Source: Chloroflexota bacterium | Lineage (GTDB): Bacteria; Chloroflexota; Dehalococcoidia; GIF9; AB-539-J10 | Direction of reading: 5' to 3' | Assembly: GCA_034722275.1 (NCBI GenBank) | Contig: JAYENW010000001.1 | Coordinates: forward strand, 122,825 to 186,824 | DNA length: 64,000 nt | Part shown: positions 55,117 through 64,000 of the stretch, piece after piece | Numbering within the stretch: position 1 is the first letter of the stretch | Layout of the letters: the number at the start of each line of letters is the position of its first letter | The notes under the pieces: model-generated | What the model was told of the DNA's origin: nothing | Seen by the model: only the letters and a program-made list of their open reading frames with translations | Database searches by the model: none | Made by a program: the position numbers and the translations under genes

Positions 55117-56790
55117 ATGAGTGAGCACATTTTGATAGGAGTTGCTTGGCCTTATGCTAATGGCCCTCTGCATTTAGGGCATATTGCTGGTGCCTATTTG
55201 CCGGCTGATATTTTTGCCCGCTATCATCGGCTTAAGGGAAACCAAGTGTTGATGGTTTCTGGCAGCGACCAGCACGGGGCACCAATTACTATTCGAGCTG
55301 AAGGAGAATCTAAGTCTCCGCAAGAGATAGCAGATAGGTATGATCAGCAGTTCAGAGATTGCTGGCAAAAGCTGGGCATTTCCTTTGATTTATTTACTAC
55401 AACGGGCACTGTAAATCACAGGGAAGTCACGCATGATATAGTCCTTACACTGCTCCATAAAGGTTATATTTACAAGGATAAAATGCTTCAAGCTTATTGC
55501 CCTCAATGTCAGCGATTTCTTCCCGATCGTTACCTGGAGGGCGTCTGTCCTCATTGTGGTTTTCCCAAGGCTCGAGGTGACCAGTGTGAGGTTTGTGGTC
55601 ACCCTTTGGATCCCTCTGACCTTAAGAATCTTCACTGTTGCCTTTGTGGTGCGGTGCCGCAATTTAAGATTTCAGAGCATTTCTTCCTGCGGCTCAGTGC
55701 TTTTCAAGATAAGCTGAAGGTGTGGATAAAGGAGCAAACTCATTGGCGGCACAATGTTCTTGGCGCTGCATGGAAGTTTCTGAATGAAGGATTAAAGGAC
55801 AGAGCCATAACGCGTGACCTGGATTGGGGAATAAGTGTGCCCCAGCCAGGTTTCGAATGTAAGCGCATTTATGTATGGTTTGAAGCAGTCATCGGTTATT
55901 TATCAGCGAGTAAAGAATGGGCGAAATCGCAAGGTAACGAATTGGCATGGCAACCTTTTTGGCAGAGCGATGGTAAAGGTTTTTATTTTGTGGGCAAGGA
56001 TAATATCTTTTTCCATGCTCTTGTGTGGCCAGCGATGCTGATGGGTTATGGTGATTTGAATCTTCCTTATGATGTCCCCGCTAATGAATTTTTGACCATC
56101 GAGAGTCATAAACTCTCTACTAGTCGCAACTGGGCTGTCTGGCTTCCTGATTACCTGGAGCGATATGAAGCGGATCCCCTGCGCTATGCTCTGGCAGTGA
56201 ATATGCCTGAGACTGGTGATAGTGATTTTTCCTGGCGTGAGTTTCTACGTCGCAATAACAATGAACTTGTGGCTACCTATGGCAATTTGGCTCACCGCGT
56301 CCTTACCTTCACCTATCGTAATTTTAATGGAATTGTCCCCTCGCCGGGTGAACTTGATGCCCGAAGCCAGGAATTGATTCACAAAGCTGAAACCACTTTG
56401 GATACTGTTGATAAATTGCTCTACCACTGTGGTTTCAGAAGAGCCATGAAAGAGGCTATGTCTCTGGCTCAGGAAGCTAATCGTTATCTTGATGAGCAAG
56501 CTCCGTGGAAGAACATTAAGAAAGAACGGCAAGCTTCAGCTAAATCTGTTTATACTGCCTTGTCCTTGCTTTCAGCTTTAAAAACTATTTTCTATCCTTT
56601 TCTTCCTTTCAGTGCTGAAAAGCTCCATTCTTTCCTTGGTTTTGAAGGGAGTGCCAAAGAGGCGGGTTGGCAGTTTCAGTTACCAAAGCCAGGTCAGAAA
56701 CTTCGGAAACCGAGGCCATTATTTATCAAACTGGATGAGAGCATTGTGGATCAAGAAAATAGCCGGCTGGGGACTCCATCCCAATGGTGA
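55117..56790 (+). CDS. metG: Methionyl-tRNA synthetase
   Basis: HIGH motif PYANGPLHLGHIAG, zinc knuckles CPQC / CPHCG / CEVCG / CCLCG, and KMSKS variant HKLSTSRN. Confidence 0.93.
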   Translation: MSEHILIGVAWPYANGPLHLGHIAGAYLPADIFARYHRLKGNQVLMVSGSDQHGAPITIRAEGESKSPQEIADRYDQQFRDCWQKLGISFDLFTTTGTVNHREVTHDIVLTLLHKGYIYKDKMLQAYCPQCQRFLPDRYLEGVCPHCGFPKARGDQCEVCGHPLDPSDLKNLHCCLCGAVPQFKISEHFFLRLSAFQDKLKVWIKEQTHWRHNVLGAAWKFLNEGLKDRAITRDLDWGISVPQPGFECKRIYVWFEAVIGYLSASKEWAKSQGNELAWQPFWQSDGKGFYFVGKDNIFFHALVWPAMLMGYGDLNLPYDVPANEFLTIESHKLSTSRNWAVWLPDYLERYEADPLRYALAVNMPETGDSDFSWREFLRRNNNELVATYGNLAHRVLTFTYRNFNGIVPSPGELDARSQELIHKAETTLDTVDKLLYHCGFRRAMKEAMSLAQEANRYLDEQAPWKNIKKERQASAKSVYTALSLLSALKTIFYPFLPFSAEKLHSFLGFEGSAKEAGWQFQLPKPGQKLRKPRPLFIKLDESIVDQENSRLGTPSQW

Positions 56791-56830
56791 ATTTGAAATA
56801 GTCCATGATGAGCTAATTTGGAGGCTTGTA

Positions 56831-58660
56831 CTAGCTGTAGCTTTGTTGTGGAGTTAGTCCTTCAAATAACTTGCTTAATTCCTCTTCCCCTAATGTCTCT
56901 TTGACAATGAGTTGCTCGGCCATTTCCTTCAGTTTGGCTTTATTATTGGTAAGGATTTTCTTAGCAGTATCATAGGCACGCTGGACAATGTTATGGACCT
57001 CCTGGTCTATTTCATTGGCCGTTTCGTTACTGTAATCTCTTTGTTCGCTGATCTCGCGGCCCAAAAAGACAAGTTCTTGTTTCTGCCCAAAAGTTCTGGG
57101 CCCTAATTTTTCGCTCATGCCATATTCGGTAACCATCTTTCTGGCTAGCTTGGTTGCCTGTTCCAGATCATTTTCTGCCCCCGTAGTTGCCTCTCCAAAG
57201 GTTATTTCTTCAGCAACGCGTCCACCGAGGGTCACAGCCAGCCTATCGTCAAACTGAGACCTGGTCCACAGATGACGGTCTTCAGTGGGTAGAAAACGTG
57301 TCCAGCCTCCTGTCATACCACGGGCAACTATGGAAACTTTATGTACTGGGTCAGCATTGGGTAATATCCTGGCAGTCAAAGCGTGTCCACTTTCGTGATA
57401 GGAAATTATTTCTTTTTCCTTGGTGGATATTATGCGGCTTTTCCTTTCTGGTCCAGCGATAACCCGGTCAGCGGCGTCTTCCAGTTCTTGCAATGTGACC
57501 TCTTTGAGATTGTGTCGCGCCGCTAGAATAGCAGCCTCATTAACCACATTGGCCAGATCAGCTCCGCTAAATCCCGGTGTTTCTTTGGCTAGGGTCTCCA
57601 GGTTGACTTCTTTAGCCAGTGGCTTGTTTTTAGCATGCACTTCTAAAATGGCTTTGCGTCCTTGAATATCAGGGAGGTCAATGATGATGTGGCGATCGAA
57701 GCGCCCAGGACGCAATAAAGCAGGATCAAGAATATCAGGGCGGTTGGTAGCAGCCATAACGATGACATTAGTATTGGTATCAAAACCATCCATTTCAGCT
57801 AGAATTTGATTTAAGGTTTGCTCTCTTTCGTCATGCCCACCACCCAAGCCAGCACCACGGTGTCGGCCGACAGCATCAATTTCATCAACGAATATGAGAC
57901 TGGGAGCATTGCGCTTAGCTTGTTCAAAGAGATCCCTGACCCTGGCAGCGCCAACGCCGACAAACATCTCCACAAACTCGCTGCCACTGAGAGAATAGAA
58001 TGGCGCCTTAGCCTCTCCCGCTATAGCTTTGGCTAATAAAGTCTTTCCTGTTCCTGGTGGGCCTACGAGGAGCACACCACGGGGTATGCGTCCCCCCAAA
58101 GCGCTAAATTTTTGAGGGTGTCTCAAGAATTCCACTATCTCTTGCACTTCCTCTTTTGCCTCTTCAACTCCAGCCACATCAGCAAAAGTCACCGTTGGTT
58201 TGTCGCCGCTGGTCAGCCGTGCACGGCTTTTACTGAAATCAAAAGCCTGAGTACCCATGCCGCGGGCGGAGCGGAATAAGAAATAGAATAACAATCCGAA
58301 CAGCATGAGAGGTAAGATAACTTGTAGGGCTATCATGCTCCAATCATGGCCAGCAGGTTTAACGTCTATCTTTATGCCATTTTCCCCCAGAATTAGGCCT
58401 TGCTGTGTCAGGAAACTGCGTAAGTCTTCAGTGCCACCTATAAATGCTGCTGTAATTGTTTCTTTGCCATCTTTCAATCCAATAAGAGCATTGCCTTCCT
58501 GTCTGATGGTGTCAATTTGCCCTTGCCTGGCTTGGTCAATAAAATCACCCAGTTGTATCTCTTGAGGGCCGTTATGGGGCAAGAAAGCAAATACTAAAGC
58601 TACCATTACCACCAAGAGTAATAGGTAAAAAAAACCGTTACGCCACCAAACAGATTTCAT
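56831..58660 (-). CDS. ftsH: ATP-dependent zinc metalloprotease FtsH
   Basis: Two N-terminal TM helices, Walker [14 protein letters not shown], Walker [33 protein letters not shown], and zinc site HESGHAL. Confidence 0.95.
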   Translation of the reverse strand: MKSVWWRNGFFYLLLLVVMVALVFAFLPHNGPQEIQLGDFIDQARQGQIDTIRQEGNALIGLKDGKETITAAFIGGTEDLRSFLTQQGLILGENGIKIDVKPAGHDWSMIALQVILPLMLFGLLFYFLFRSARGMGTQAFDFSKSRARLTSGDKPTVTFADVAGVEEAKEEVQEIVEFLRHPQKFSALGGRIPRGVLLVGPPGTGKTLLAKAIAGEAKAPFYSLSGSEFVEMFVGVGAARVRDLFEQAKRNAPSLIFVDEIDAVGRHRGAGLGGGHDEREQTLNQILAEMDGFDTNTNVIVMAATNRPDILDPALLRPGRFDRHIIIDLPDIQGRKAILEVHAKNKPLAKEVNLETLAKETPGFSGADLANVVNEAAILAARHNLKEVTLQELEDAADRVIAGPERKSRIISTKEKEIISYHESGHALTARILPNADPVHKVSIVARGMTGGWTRFLPTEDRHLWTRSQFDDRLAVTLGGRVAEEITFGEATTGAENDLEQATKLARKMVTEYGMSEKLGPRTFGQKQELVFLGREISEQRDYSNETANEIDQEVHNIVQRAYDTAKKILTNNKAKLKEMAEQLIVKETLGEEELSKLFEGLTPQQSYS

Positions 58661-58817
58661 ATTCCTTACGTCTTTATTATATCAGAGATATTGCAACTAG
58701 AAAAAATCAACTCTTGACAGTCACACCTGATAAGGAATATTTAGTCAAAGTTTGCTGGAAGCGGTATAATATAAAAAGGGAGGTAATGCTTTTCTGAAAG
58801 CGGAAGAGGTAGCACGC

Positions 58818-59138
58818 ATGGTGACACAAGTTGCTTCTGAAAAGCAAGCAACAGATATAGCTATGCTGGATGTAAGAGCATTATGTTCCTTTACTGATTA
58901 TTTTGTCCTTTGTAGTGCAGAGTCCAAGCGACATATTGAAGCTGTCTGGCAGGGCATTGGCGAAGCGATGAAAAGTAAAGGCGTTATACCCCACCACAGT
59001 GAAGGTACTCCAGATTCAGGTTGGGTGCTTACTGACTTTGGCTCAGTTGTCGTTCATATTTTTGCTCCATCAGAGCGAGATTACTATCGGTTGGATAAGC
59101 TTTGGGAACGAGCCATTCCTGTGCTTAGAATTCAGTAA
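58818..59138 (+). CDS. rsfS: Ribosome silencing factor RsfS
   Basis: EKQATDIAMLDVRALCSFTDYFVLCSAESKRHIEAV ... VVVHIF..ERDYYRLDKLW. The N-terminus may extend to the CTG at 58794 (see findings). Confidence 0.88.
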   Translation: MVTQVASEKQATDIAMLDVRALCSFTDYFVLCSAESKRHIEAVWQGIGEAMKSKGVIPHHSEGTPDSGWVLTDFGSVVVHIFAPSERDYYRLDKLWERAIPVLRIQ

Positions 59139-59148
59139 GTAGCAAGTC

Positions 59149-59595
59149 CTAGGCACTCCATTTGTCAATATCCCGGGCATAGTGGAAGATTTCTTCTTCT
59201 GAAAAGAAAAGCGATATTTCTTGAGAAGCGTTCTCTGGAGAGTCAGAGCCGTGTATTAAATTATGGGTGATATCGATGCCGAGGTCTCCTCTGATAGTAC
59301 CAGGGCTGGCTTTAGCTGGATCTGTCGCCCCCATTATTTGTCTTATTAGAGTCGCTGCATTCTTTCCTTGGAAAATGATGGCGATAATGGGACTCGAGGT
59401 GATGAAGTCTACCAATGCAACGAAAAAGGGTTTATCTTTGTGAATAGCATAGTGGTGTTGTGCCAATGTTTTATCCATTCGGAGCATTTTTATAGCTATG
59501 ATGTTAAGTCCCTTACTCTCTAGGCGTGAGATGATTTCACCTGCCAGTCCTCTTTGCATGGCATCTGGTTTAATAAGTACTAAACTGCGCTCCAT
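59149..59595 (-). CDS. ndk: Nucleoside diphosphate kinase
   Basis: MERSLVLIKPDAMQRGL and the active-site His in NLIHGSDS. Start moved to the ATG at 59595. Confidence 0.93.
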   Translation of the reverse strand: MERSLVLIKPDAMQRGLAGEIISRLESKGLNIIAIKMLRMDKTLAQHHYAIHKDKPFFVALVDFITSSPIIAIIFQGKNAATLIRQIMGATDPAKASPGTIRGDLGIDITHNLIHGSDSPENASQEISLFFSEEEIFHYARDIDKWSA

Positions 59596-59614
59596 CTTGA
59601 TCACTTGTCCTTTA

Positions 59615-60676
59615 CTATATTCTTTGAATTAAGGTGATAAGGTCTACTTCTTCCAGAGAATCTACTATTCTATCAGCTCCAGCTAACTCTTGTTTTGTGT
59701 GGTTGTTGGCTACAGCCAGGCATCTCATTCCGGCAGCTTTGGCCGCGTCGATACCGGGAGGAGAATCTTCTATTACAATACAATTCTGAGGCTCAACTCC
59801 ACATTTCTCGGCAGCCAAAAGAAATATCTGGGGGCTAGGCTTACTTTCTCTTACCTCTCTGCCAGAAATAATGCAATCAAAATAATCTCCTATACTGAGT
59901 TCGTTGAGTAGTAAGTCGATATTCTCCCTCGGCGCTGAGGAAACTAAAGCCAGTTTGAAGTTTCCTTTCTTTATTGCAGTTATTAGCTTAATTGCTCCCG
60001 GAAAGGGCGTAACATTTCCTTTTATTCTCTCTCGGAAGTTATTTTCCTTTTTTTGTACTATAGTTTCAATATCTTCTTGGCAAATTTTGTCTCCTAAGGT
60101 GCTGCGGATGATGAAATCGTTCCTGGTGCCAAAGAGCTTGGCGAAGTCTTCCTTGGTGAATTTTGTTCCCCTTTCAGCGAAAGTCTCCTGCCAGGCAGCA
60201 AAATGGTGAGCACCGGAGTCGGCGATGACACCATCCATGTCCCAGAGGGCAGTCTTTTTTGATTGTCTCCAGATATAGAACAGGGAGTCAATTTCAGCTA
60301 TCCTTGTGTTGTCTTTTAGTTCGAGCACTCCTTTTGTTTCCACCAGCCTCCTTGTCAGTTTTGTCACCCAAGCAGAAATTTGGATTGCCTCATTGACAGG
60401 TGCCACGTGCTTAAATCTCACTTCACTTCTGGCAGTAACGCCGAAATCGATGCCATGACAGAGAATGGCATAAGCAGTTACTTCATCAAGGAGGGTGTAG
60501 AGGATGCCGCCATGAGTTACATTATTCCAGCCCTGGTAAAGTTCTCCTGGAGTAAATTCTGCTCTGACCTTTTCTCCATCGTAAATGGGTTTCAACTTAA
60601 GTCCTATGGGGTTGTCTTGGCCACAGGCAAAGCAAAGCTTAGTTGATGAGTCAAAATCTAGTTGGGGAACTTCCAT
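59615..60676 (-). CDS. Fusion of PaaI-like hot-dog thioesterase domain and HAD-IA (beta-phosphoglucomutase-like) hydrolase domain
   Basis: N-terminal CFACGQDNPIGLKLK...THGGILYTLLDE (hot-dog fold). C-terminal HAD motif I LWDMDGVIADS, motif II LVSSA, and motif IV IVIEDSPPGIDAAKAAGM. Confidence 0.75.
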   Translation of the reverse strand: MEVPQLDFDSSTKLCFACGQDNPIGLKLKPIYDGEKVRAEFTPGELYQGWNNVTHGGILYTLLDEVTAYAILCHGIDFGVTARSEVRFKHVAPVNEAIQISAWVTKLTRRLVETKGVLELKDNTRIAEIDSLFYIWRQSKKTALWDMDGVIADSGAHHFAAWQETFAERGTKFTKEDFAKLFGTRNDFIIRSTLGDKICQEDIETIVQKKENNFRERIKGNVTPFPGAIKLITAIKKGNFKLALVSSAPRENIDLLLNELSIGDYFDCIISGREVRESKPSPQIFLLAAEKCGVEPQNCIVIEDSPPGIDAAKAAGMRCLAVANNHTKQELAGADRIVDSLEEVDLITLIQRI

Positions 60677-60679
60677 TTA

Positions 60680-61363
60680 TTATCCTCCTTTTTTGGGCTT
60701 CGTTATATTGGGGGGACGAAGGTATAAAGGCTGTAAGGTAGCCAAGTCATGTTTTTCTCCTCTGTTTAGTTTTTGCCAACCCAACGTAGCTAAAGATCCC
60801 GCTTGGGATAAGCTGGCAGAGGTTTGTGCTATTATGGCTCGGCTGCCTAATGACCTCTCTATTTTCCTGGCTATGTCTGGGGAGATTTCACCACAAAAAA
60901 GTGTTTCTTGTTTGATTTGCTGACATAAATCTTCCAGAGTGGTTAAGTGCTCTTCTTCCCAGCAATACCATTCATCGCGTCTTTGCTGGTAGAGTGCGGT
61001 GGCTATTTCATCATGTCCAGCTTCGTGGATAGGGCATAATGGTAACATGGTATAAGCGAAGGAATATGCTGCAATTTCCAGGGTGCTTATGCCGAATAGC
61101 GGAATGTTTAGAGAAAAGGCTATTCCTTTAGCTATGCTCATCCCCACCCGTAGGCCATTGAAACTTCCTGGGCCTTTGGCTACGATGATTGCTTTTAGAG
61201 AATCTGGCTTTACCTTGACTGAAGCGAGCAAATAAGCCAATTTGGATGTTACCTCTACAGTGTGGTTCTTTGCTGTCCGCCAAGTGAGTTCCTTTAAGAG
61301 TTCGCCTTTGTGAGATAGGGCAAGGCTACAGAGGCTTGAAGAGGTATCTATGGCTAGTTCCAC
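60680..61363 (-). CDS. tsaB: tRNA t6A37 biosynthesis protein TsaB
   Basis: ELAIDTSSSLCSLAL and VAKGPGSFNGLRVG. Lies next to tsaE. Confidence 0.88.
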   Translation of the reverse strand: MELAIDTSSSLCSLALSHKGELLKELTWRTAKNHTVEVTSKLAYLLASVKVKPDSLKAIIVAKGPGSFNGLRVGMSIAKGIAFSLNIPLFGISTLEIAAYSFAYTMLPLCPIHEAGHDEIATALYQQRRDEWYCWEEEHLTTLEDLCQQIKQETLFCGEISPDIARKIERSLGSRAIIAQTSASLSQAGSLATLGWQKLNRGEKHDLATLQPLYLRPPNITKPKKGG

Positions 61364-61848
61364 ATTCTCCCCTGCTTTAAAGTCAATTTCAATTGATTCA
61401 CTAGCTTTAGGTAGCGTTGCCCTTTAGGCATGAGACAAATAGTACGCTCTGTCTCAGAAGCAGGGATATAATTCAACGCCACAAGCAAATTATCCTGGGG
61501 CAATATCGATAATCCTTTTTCAGCCCACTCAATTACACAGATTCCTTCACCATAGAGATATTCTTCCAGTCCTAGGTCAGTGATTTCATCGATGTTGTCC
61601 AGGCGGTAGAAATCGATGTGGTATAAGGGAAGTCTGCCATGATATTCCCTGATTATGACAAAAGAAGGGCTGAAAGCGCATTCCCTTATGCCTAACCCCC
61701 GGGCTATACCTTGAGTGAGATATGTCTTACCTGTCCCTAACTCGCCAGTGAGGAGAAAGATATCACCATTCTGAGCCAGTTTACCCAGATGATTTCCTAG
61801 AAGCTGAGTTTGCTCGGGACTATGCGAATTTAGCTTTAGAAGTTCCAT
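61354..61848 (-). CDS. tsaE: tRNA t6A37 biosynthesis ATPase TsaE
   Basis: P-loop LTGELGTGKTYLTQGIA, and LYHIDFYRL. Start placed at the internal ATG at 61848. Confidence 0.88.
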   Translation of the reverse strand: MELLKLNSHSPEQTQLLGNHLGKLAQNGDIFLLTGELGTGKTYLTQGIARGLGIRECAFSPSFVIIREYHGRLPLYHIDFYRLDNIDEITDLGLEEYLYGEGICVIEWAEKGLSILPQDNLLVALNYIPASETERTICLMPKGQRYLKLVNQLKLTLKQGRMWN

Positions 61849-62845
61849 TTCTAAAATGTTCCCAACCCTCTCTTTTATAAGGGATGATATTTCCCTCATT
61901 GTCTACTACAGTAACCCGGTCAGGCAGAGTTTTCTCTGTAATCTCCCCGATTATTGTTACTTGACAGTCTATGTTTTGCCTTATTTTGTCTATGGTATTT
62001 TTATTTGCAGTAAAAAGAATCTCATAATCCTCTCCACCGTGTAAAGCCAACTCCTGGTAGTCGGGGAAATTTGCTTTGACTATATAGTGTACTGGCACCT
62101 GCTCCCATTTTATTCTGGCGTTAAGTTTGCTAGCTTCACATACATGGTCGAGGTCGGCAATAAGGCCATCGCTTATATCTATGGCAGTCTTAACTCCTTG
62201 TTGGACTAGAATTTGCCCCTCCTTTACGCGCGGTGTAGGCTGAAGGTGAGCTTGTCTTAAGAGCTTATTGGCCTCAGCATTCAAGTTGAGTTTCTTTTGG
62301 AGCATCCTCAAGCCGGCTGCTGATGTTCCCAGATATCCCGTGACAGCTATATACTCGCCAGAGCGAGCTGTTGAGCGCTTAAGGAATTTACCTTGAGAAC
62401 AACCTGTAAGCGTGACTGTAATAACTATGATAGAGGCAGCAGTTAAATTCCCGCCAATTATAGTCACCTCAAACTCGCTGGCTAAACGTGCCATGCCTTC
62501 AGTAAGTCTGGAGATATCCTCCACTTCTACCTCGCCAGGCAATGATAAAGAAACTAAAGCATACTGTGGAACGCCACCCATGGCAGCTATGTCACTCAAA
62601 TTTACTGCCAGTGCCTTCCATCCTAGTTCTTCCCAGGTGCTGGTGCTTAAATCGAAGTGTACATCTTGAACCAGTGTATCAGTGGTGGCTATCTGGATAC
62701 GGTTGTTGCTTTGCCAGGCAGCAGCATCGTCACCAATACCGACCAAGATTTGTTGCTCGGAAGGCTGTTCAGGATTTTTGAACTTATCAACCAGGACATG
62801 TATGAGCTTGGTTAATTCAAATTCACCCAACTCCTTTAATTTCAT
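61820..62845 (-). CDS. thiL: Thiamine-monophosphate kinase
   Basis: LGEFELTKLI, GIGDDAA, HF...W..LGWKALAVNLSDIAAMGG and TIIGGNL. Confidence 0.88.
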   Translation of the reverse strand: MKLKELGEFELTKLIHVLVDKFKNPEQPSEQQILVGIGDDAAAWQSNNRIQIATTDTLVQDVHFDLSTSTWEELGWKALAVNLSDIAAMGGVPQYALVSLSLPGEVEVEDISRLTEGMARLASEFEVTIIGGNLTAASIIVITVTLTGCSQGKFLKRSTARSGEYIAVTGYLGTSAAGLRMLQKKLNLNAEANKLLRQAHLQPTPRVKEGQILVQQGVKTAIDISDGLIADLDHVCEASKLNARIKWEQVPVHYIVKANFPDYQELALHGGEDYEILFTANKNTIDKIRQNIDCQVTIIGEITEKTLPDRVTVVDNEGNIIPYKREGWEHFRNGTSKAKFA

Positions 62846-62922
62846 CCACTGTCATTATAGCATTGGCTTTTCTCGAGCCTCAATTTTAGTAATCTAGCTG
62901 GTAAATGCTATAGTTTATTTCT

Positions 62923-63669
62923 ATGCGGTACGCCATTCTTGGAGATATCCATGGTAACTTAGTCGCCTTTCGGGCTGTGCTTGCTGATATTGAAGCGCGA
63001 GGTGGATGCGATAAAGTTTGGTGCTTGGGAGATGTAGTTGGCTATGGCCCAGAGCCACATAGTTGCATCGGAATTTTACGGAATCGCAAACATGTTTGTG
63101 TTGCCGGCAACCACGATTGGGCTGCTATCGGCAAGGTTGATATCTCCGATTTCAATCCAGATGCTGCCCAAGCTTGTCGTTGGACAACACAACAACTAGA
63201 TGCCCTGGATAGAGATTATTTGGCAAAGCTTCCAGAAAAATTAGTGTTGGGTGAATTCACTTTAGTTCATGGTAGCCCTCGCTATCCTGTTTGGGAATAT
63301 CTTGACCCTGACTTATTTCCCATGGATGACATTTGCCAGAATTTTGACTATTTTGATACCAAATTTTGTCTTGTAGGTCATTCTCATAAGCCGTTGATCT
63401 TGCGACAGGACAAGGCTGGCAATTGTCTTGCCGTCAGTATTTTTGATAAGATAGGCCTCAATGTTGAAGGAGAGCGTGTGATTATTAATCCTGGTGGAGT
63501 AGGGCAACCTCGAGATGGTGATTGCCGAGCAAGCTATATCATTTATGATAGCGGCACGCAGATGATGTATCATCATCGTTGCAATTATGATATAAGGCTT
63601 ACTCAAGAAAAGATGAGAGAGTATAAATTGCCTCTGTCTTTAATTGTCCGGTTAGATTATGGCTATTAA
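62923..63669 (+). CDS. Calcineurin-like metallophosphoesterase
   Basis: ILGDIHGN, LGDVVGYG, GNHD and GHSH motifs. Confidence 0.82.
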   Translation: MRYAILGDIHGNLVAFRAVLADIEARGGCDKVWCLGDVVGYGPEPHSCIGILRNRKHVCVAGNHDWAAIGKVDISDFNPDAAQACRWTTQQLDALDRDYLAKLPEKLVLGEFTLVHGSPRYPVWEYLDPDLFPMDDICQNFDYFDTKFCLVGHSHKPLILRQDKAGNCLAVSIFDKIGLNVEGERVIINPGGVGQPRDGDCRASYIIYDSGTQMMYHHRCNYDIRLTQEKMREYKLPLSLIVRLDYGY

Positions 63670-63718
63670 CATGTTCTGTGTTATACTCTGCACGGCAATT
63701 TAGTATCTTGGTGAGTAA

Positions 63719-64000
63719 ATGCGTGGTTATGAATTAATAACTATAATAAGCCCTGAAGTTGATGAGGAGGGGTTGTCTCGGACAATAGAGAAGCTGGGCA
63801 AGTCTATTGCTGAGAGAGATGGAGTGGTAGATGAAATCAATAAGTGGGGAAAGAGAAAGTTAGCTTATCCGCTGAAGAAATTTATGGAAGCTGACTATAT
63901 ATTAACTCGGTTCAAGCTGGAGCCCAAACTGGTTAAAGAGGTCGAGAAGGATATAAAAGGCTGGGAAGAAGTCTTACGGTATCTTGTAGTACAAGTCGAG
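63719..64000 (+). CDS. rpsF: 30S ribosomal protein S6 (C-terminus beyond window end)
   Basis: Manual translation from the ATG at 63719: MRGYELITIISPEVDEEGLSRTIEKLGKSIAERDGVVDEINKWGKRKLAYPLKK... The reading frame is still open at the window edge. Confidence 0.88.
   Translation, partial: MRGYELITIISPEVDEEGLSRTIEKLGKSIAERDGVVDEINKWGKRKLAYPLKKFMEADYILTRFKLEPKLVKEVEKDIKGWEEVLRYLVVQVE

Overview
This is a dense, almost fully coding 64-kb chromosomal segment with about 75 protein genes. I recognised no rRNA, tRNA, CRISPR array, transposase, integrase or prophage gene by eye. All calls come from reading the supplied translations and the DNA for family-diagnostic motifs; no database search was run.

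Most of the content is core housekeeping:
- Replication and repair: recO, recR, ybaB, dnaX, priA.
- Ribosome and translation: rplU-rpmA-rpmE, trmD-rplS, hpf, rsfS, rsmG/H/I, metG, der, partial rpsF, tsaB/tsaE.
- Purine synthesis: purD-E-B-C-S.
- Other metabolism: hisA/hisI, argF, gap, plsY/gpsA, pheA.
- K+ transport: trkAH and a Kef-type antiporter.
- nrdR-nrdJ, ftsH, ndk, dnaJ and partial ffh.

Gene content points to a Chloroflexota/Dehalococcoidia-like anaerobe, but this is inference only. The supporting observations are a cell-division cluster reduced to mraZ-rsmH-ftsA-ftsZ, a B12-dependent class II RNR, Pro-Thr-rich lipoprotein linkers and DUF5667-type anti-sigma factors.

The least ordinary parts are:
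1. An ECF sigma/anti-sigma operon next to three exported envelope proteins. A 29-nt promoter-like motif (28/29 identical) sits upstream of both the sigma operon and the large repeat surface-protein gene.
2. A three-part GAF / unknown middle domain / HPRT fusion immediately downstream of nrdR-nrdJ.
3. An rplU gene whose conserved N-terminus can only be reached from an ATT codon.
4. An EncFtn-like mini-ferritin with no encapsulin shell gene beside it.
5. A ubiE / menA-like / HemN-like radical SAM trio, which suggests methylated menaquinone chemistry.

Start codons are often uncertain. Where I moved a start relative to the ORF track, the evidence field says so.
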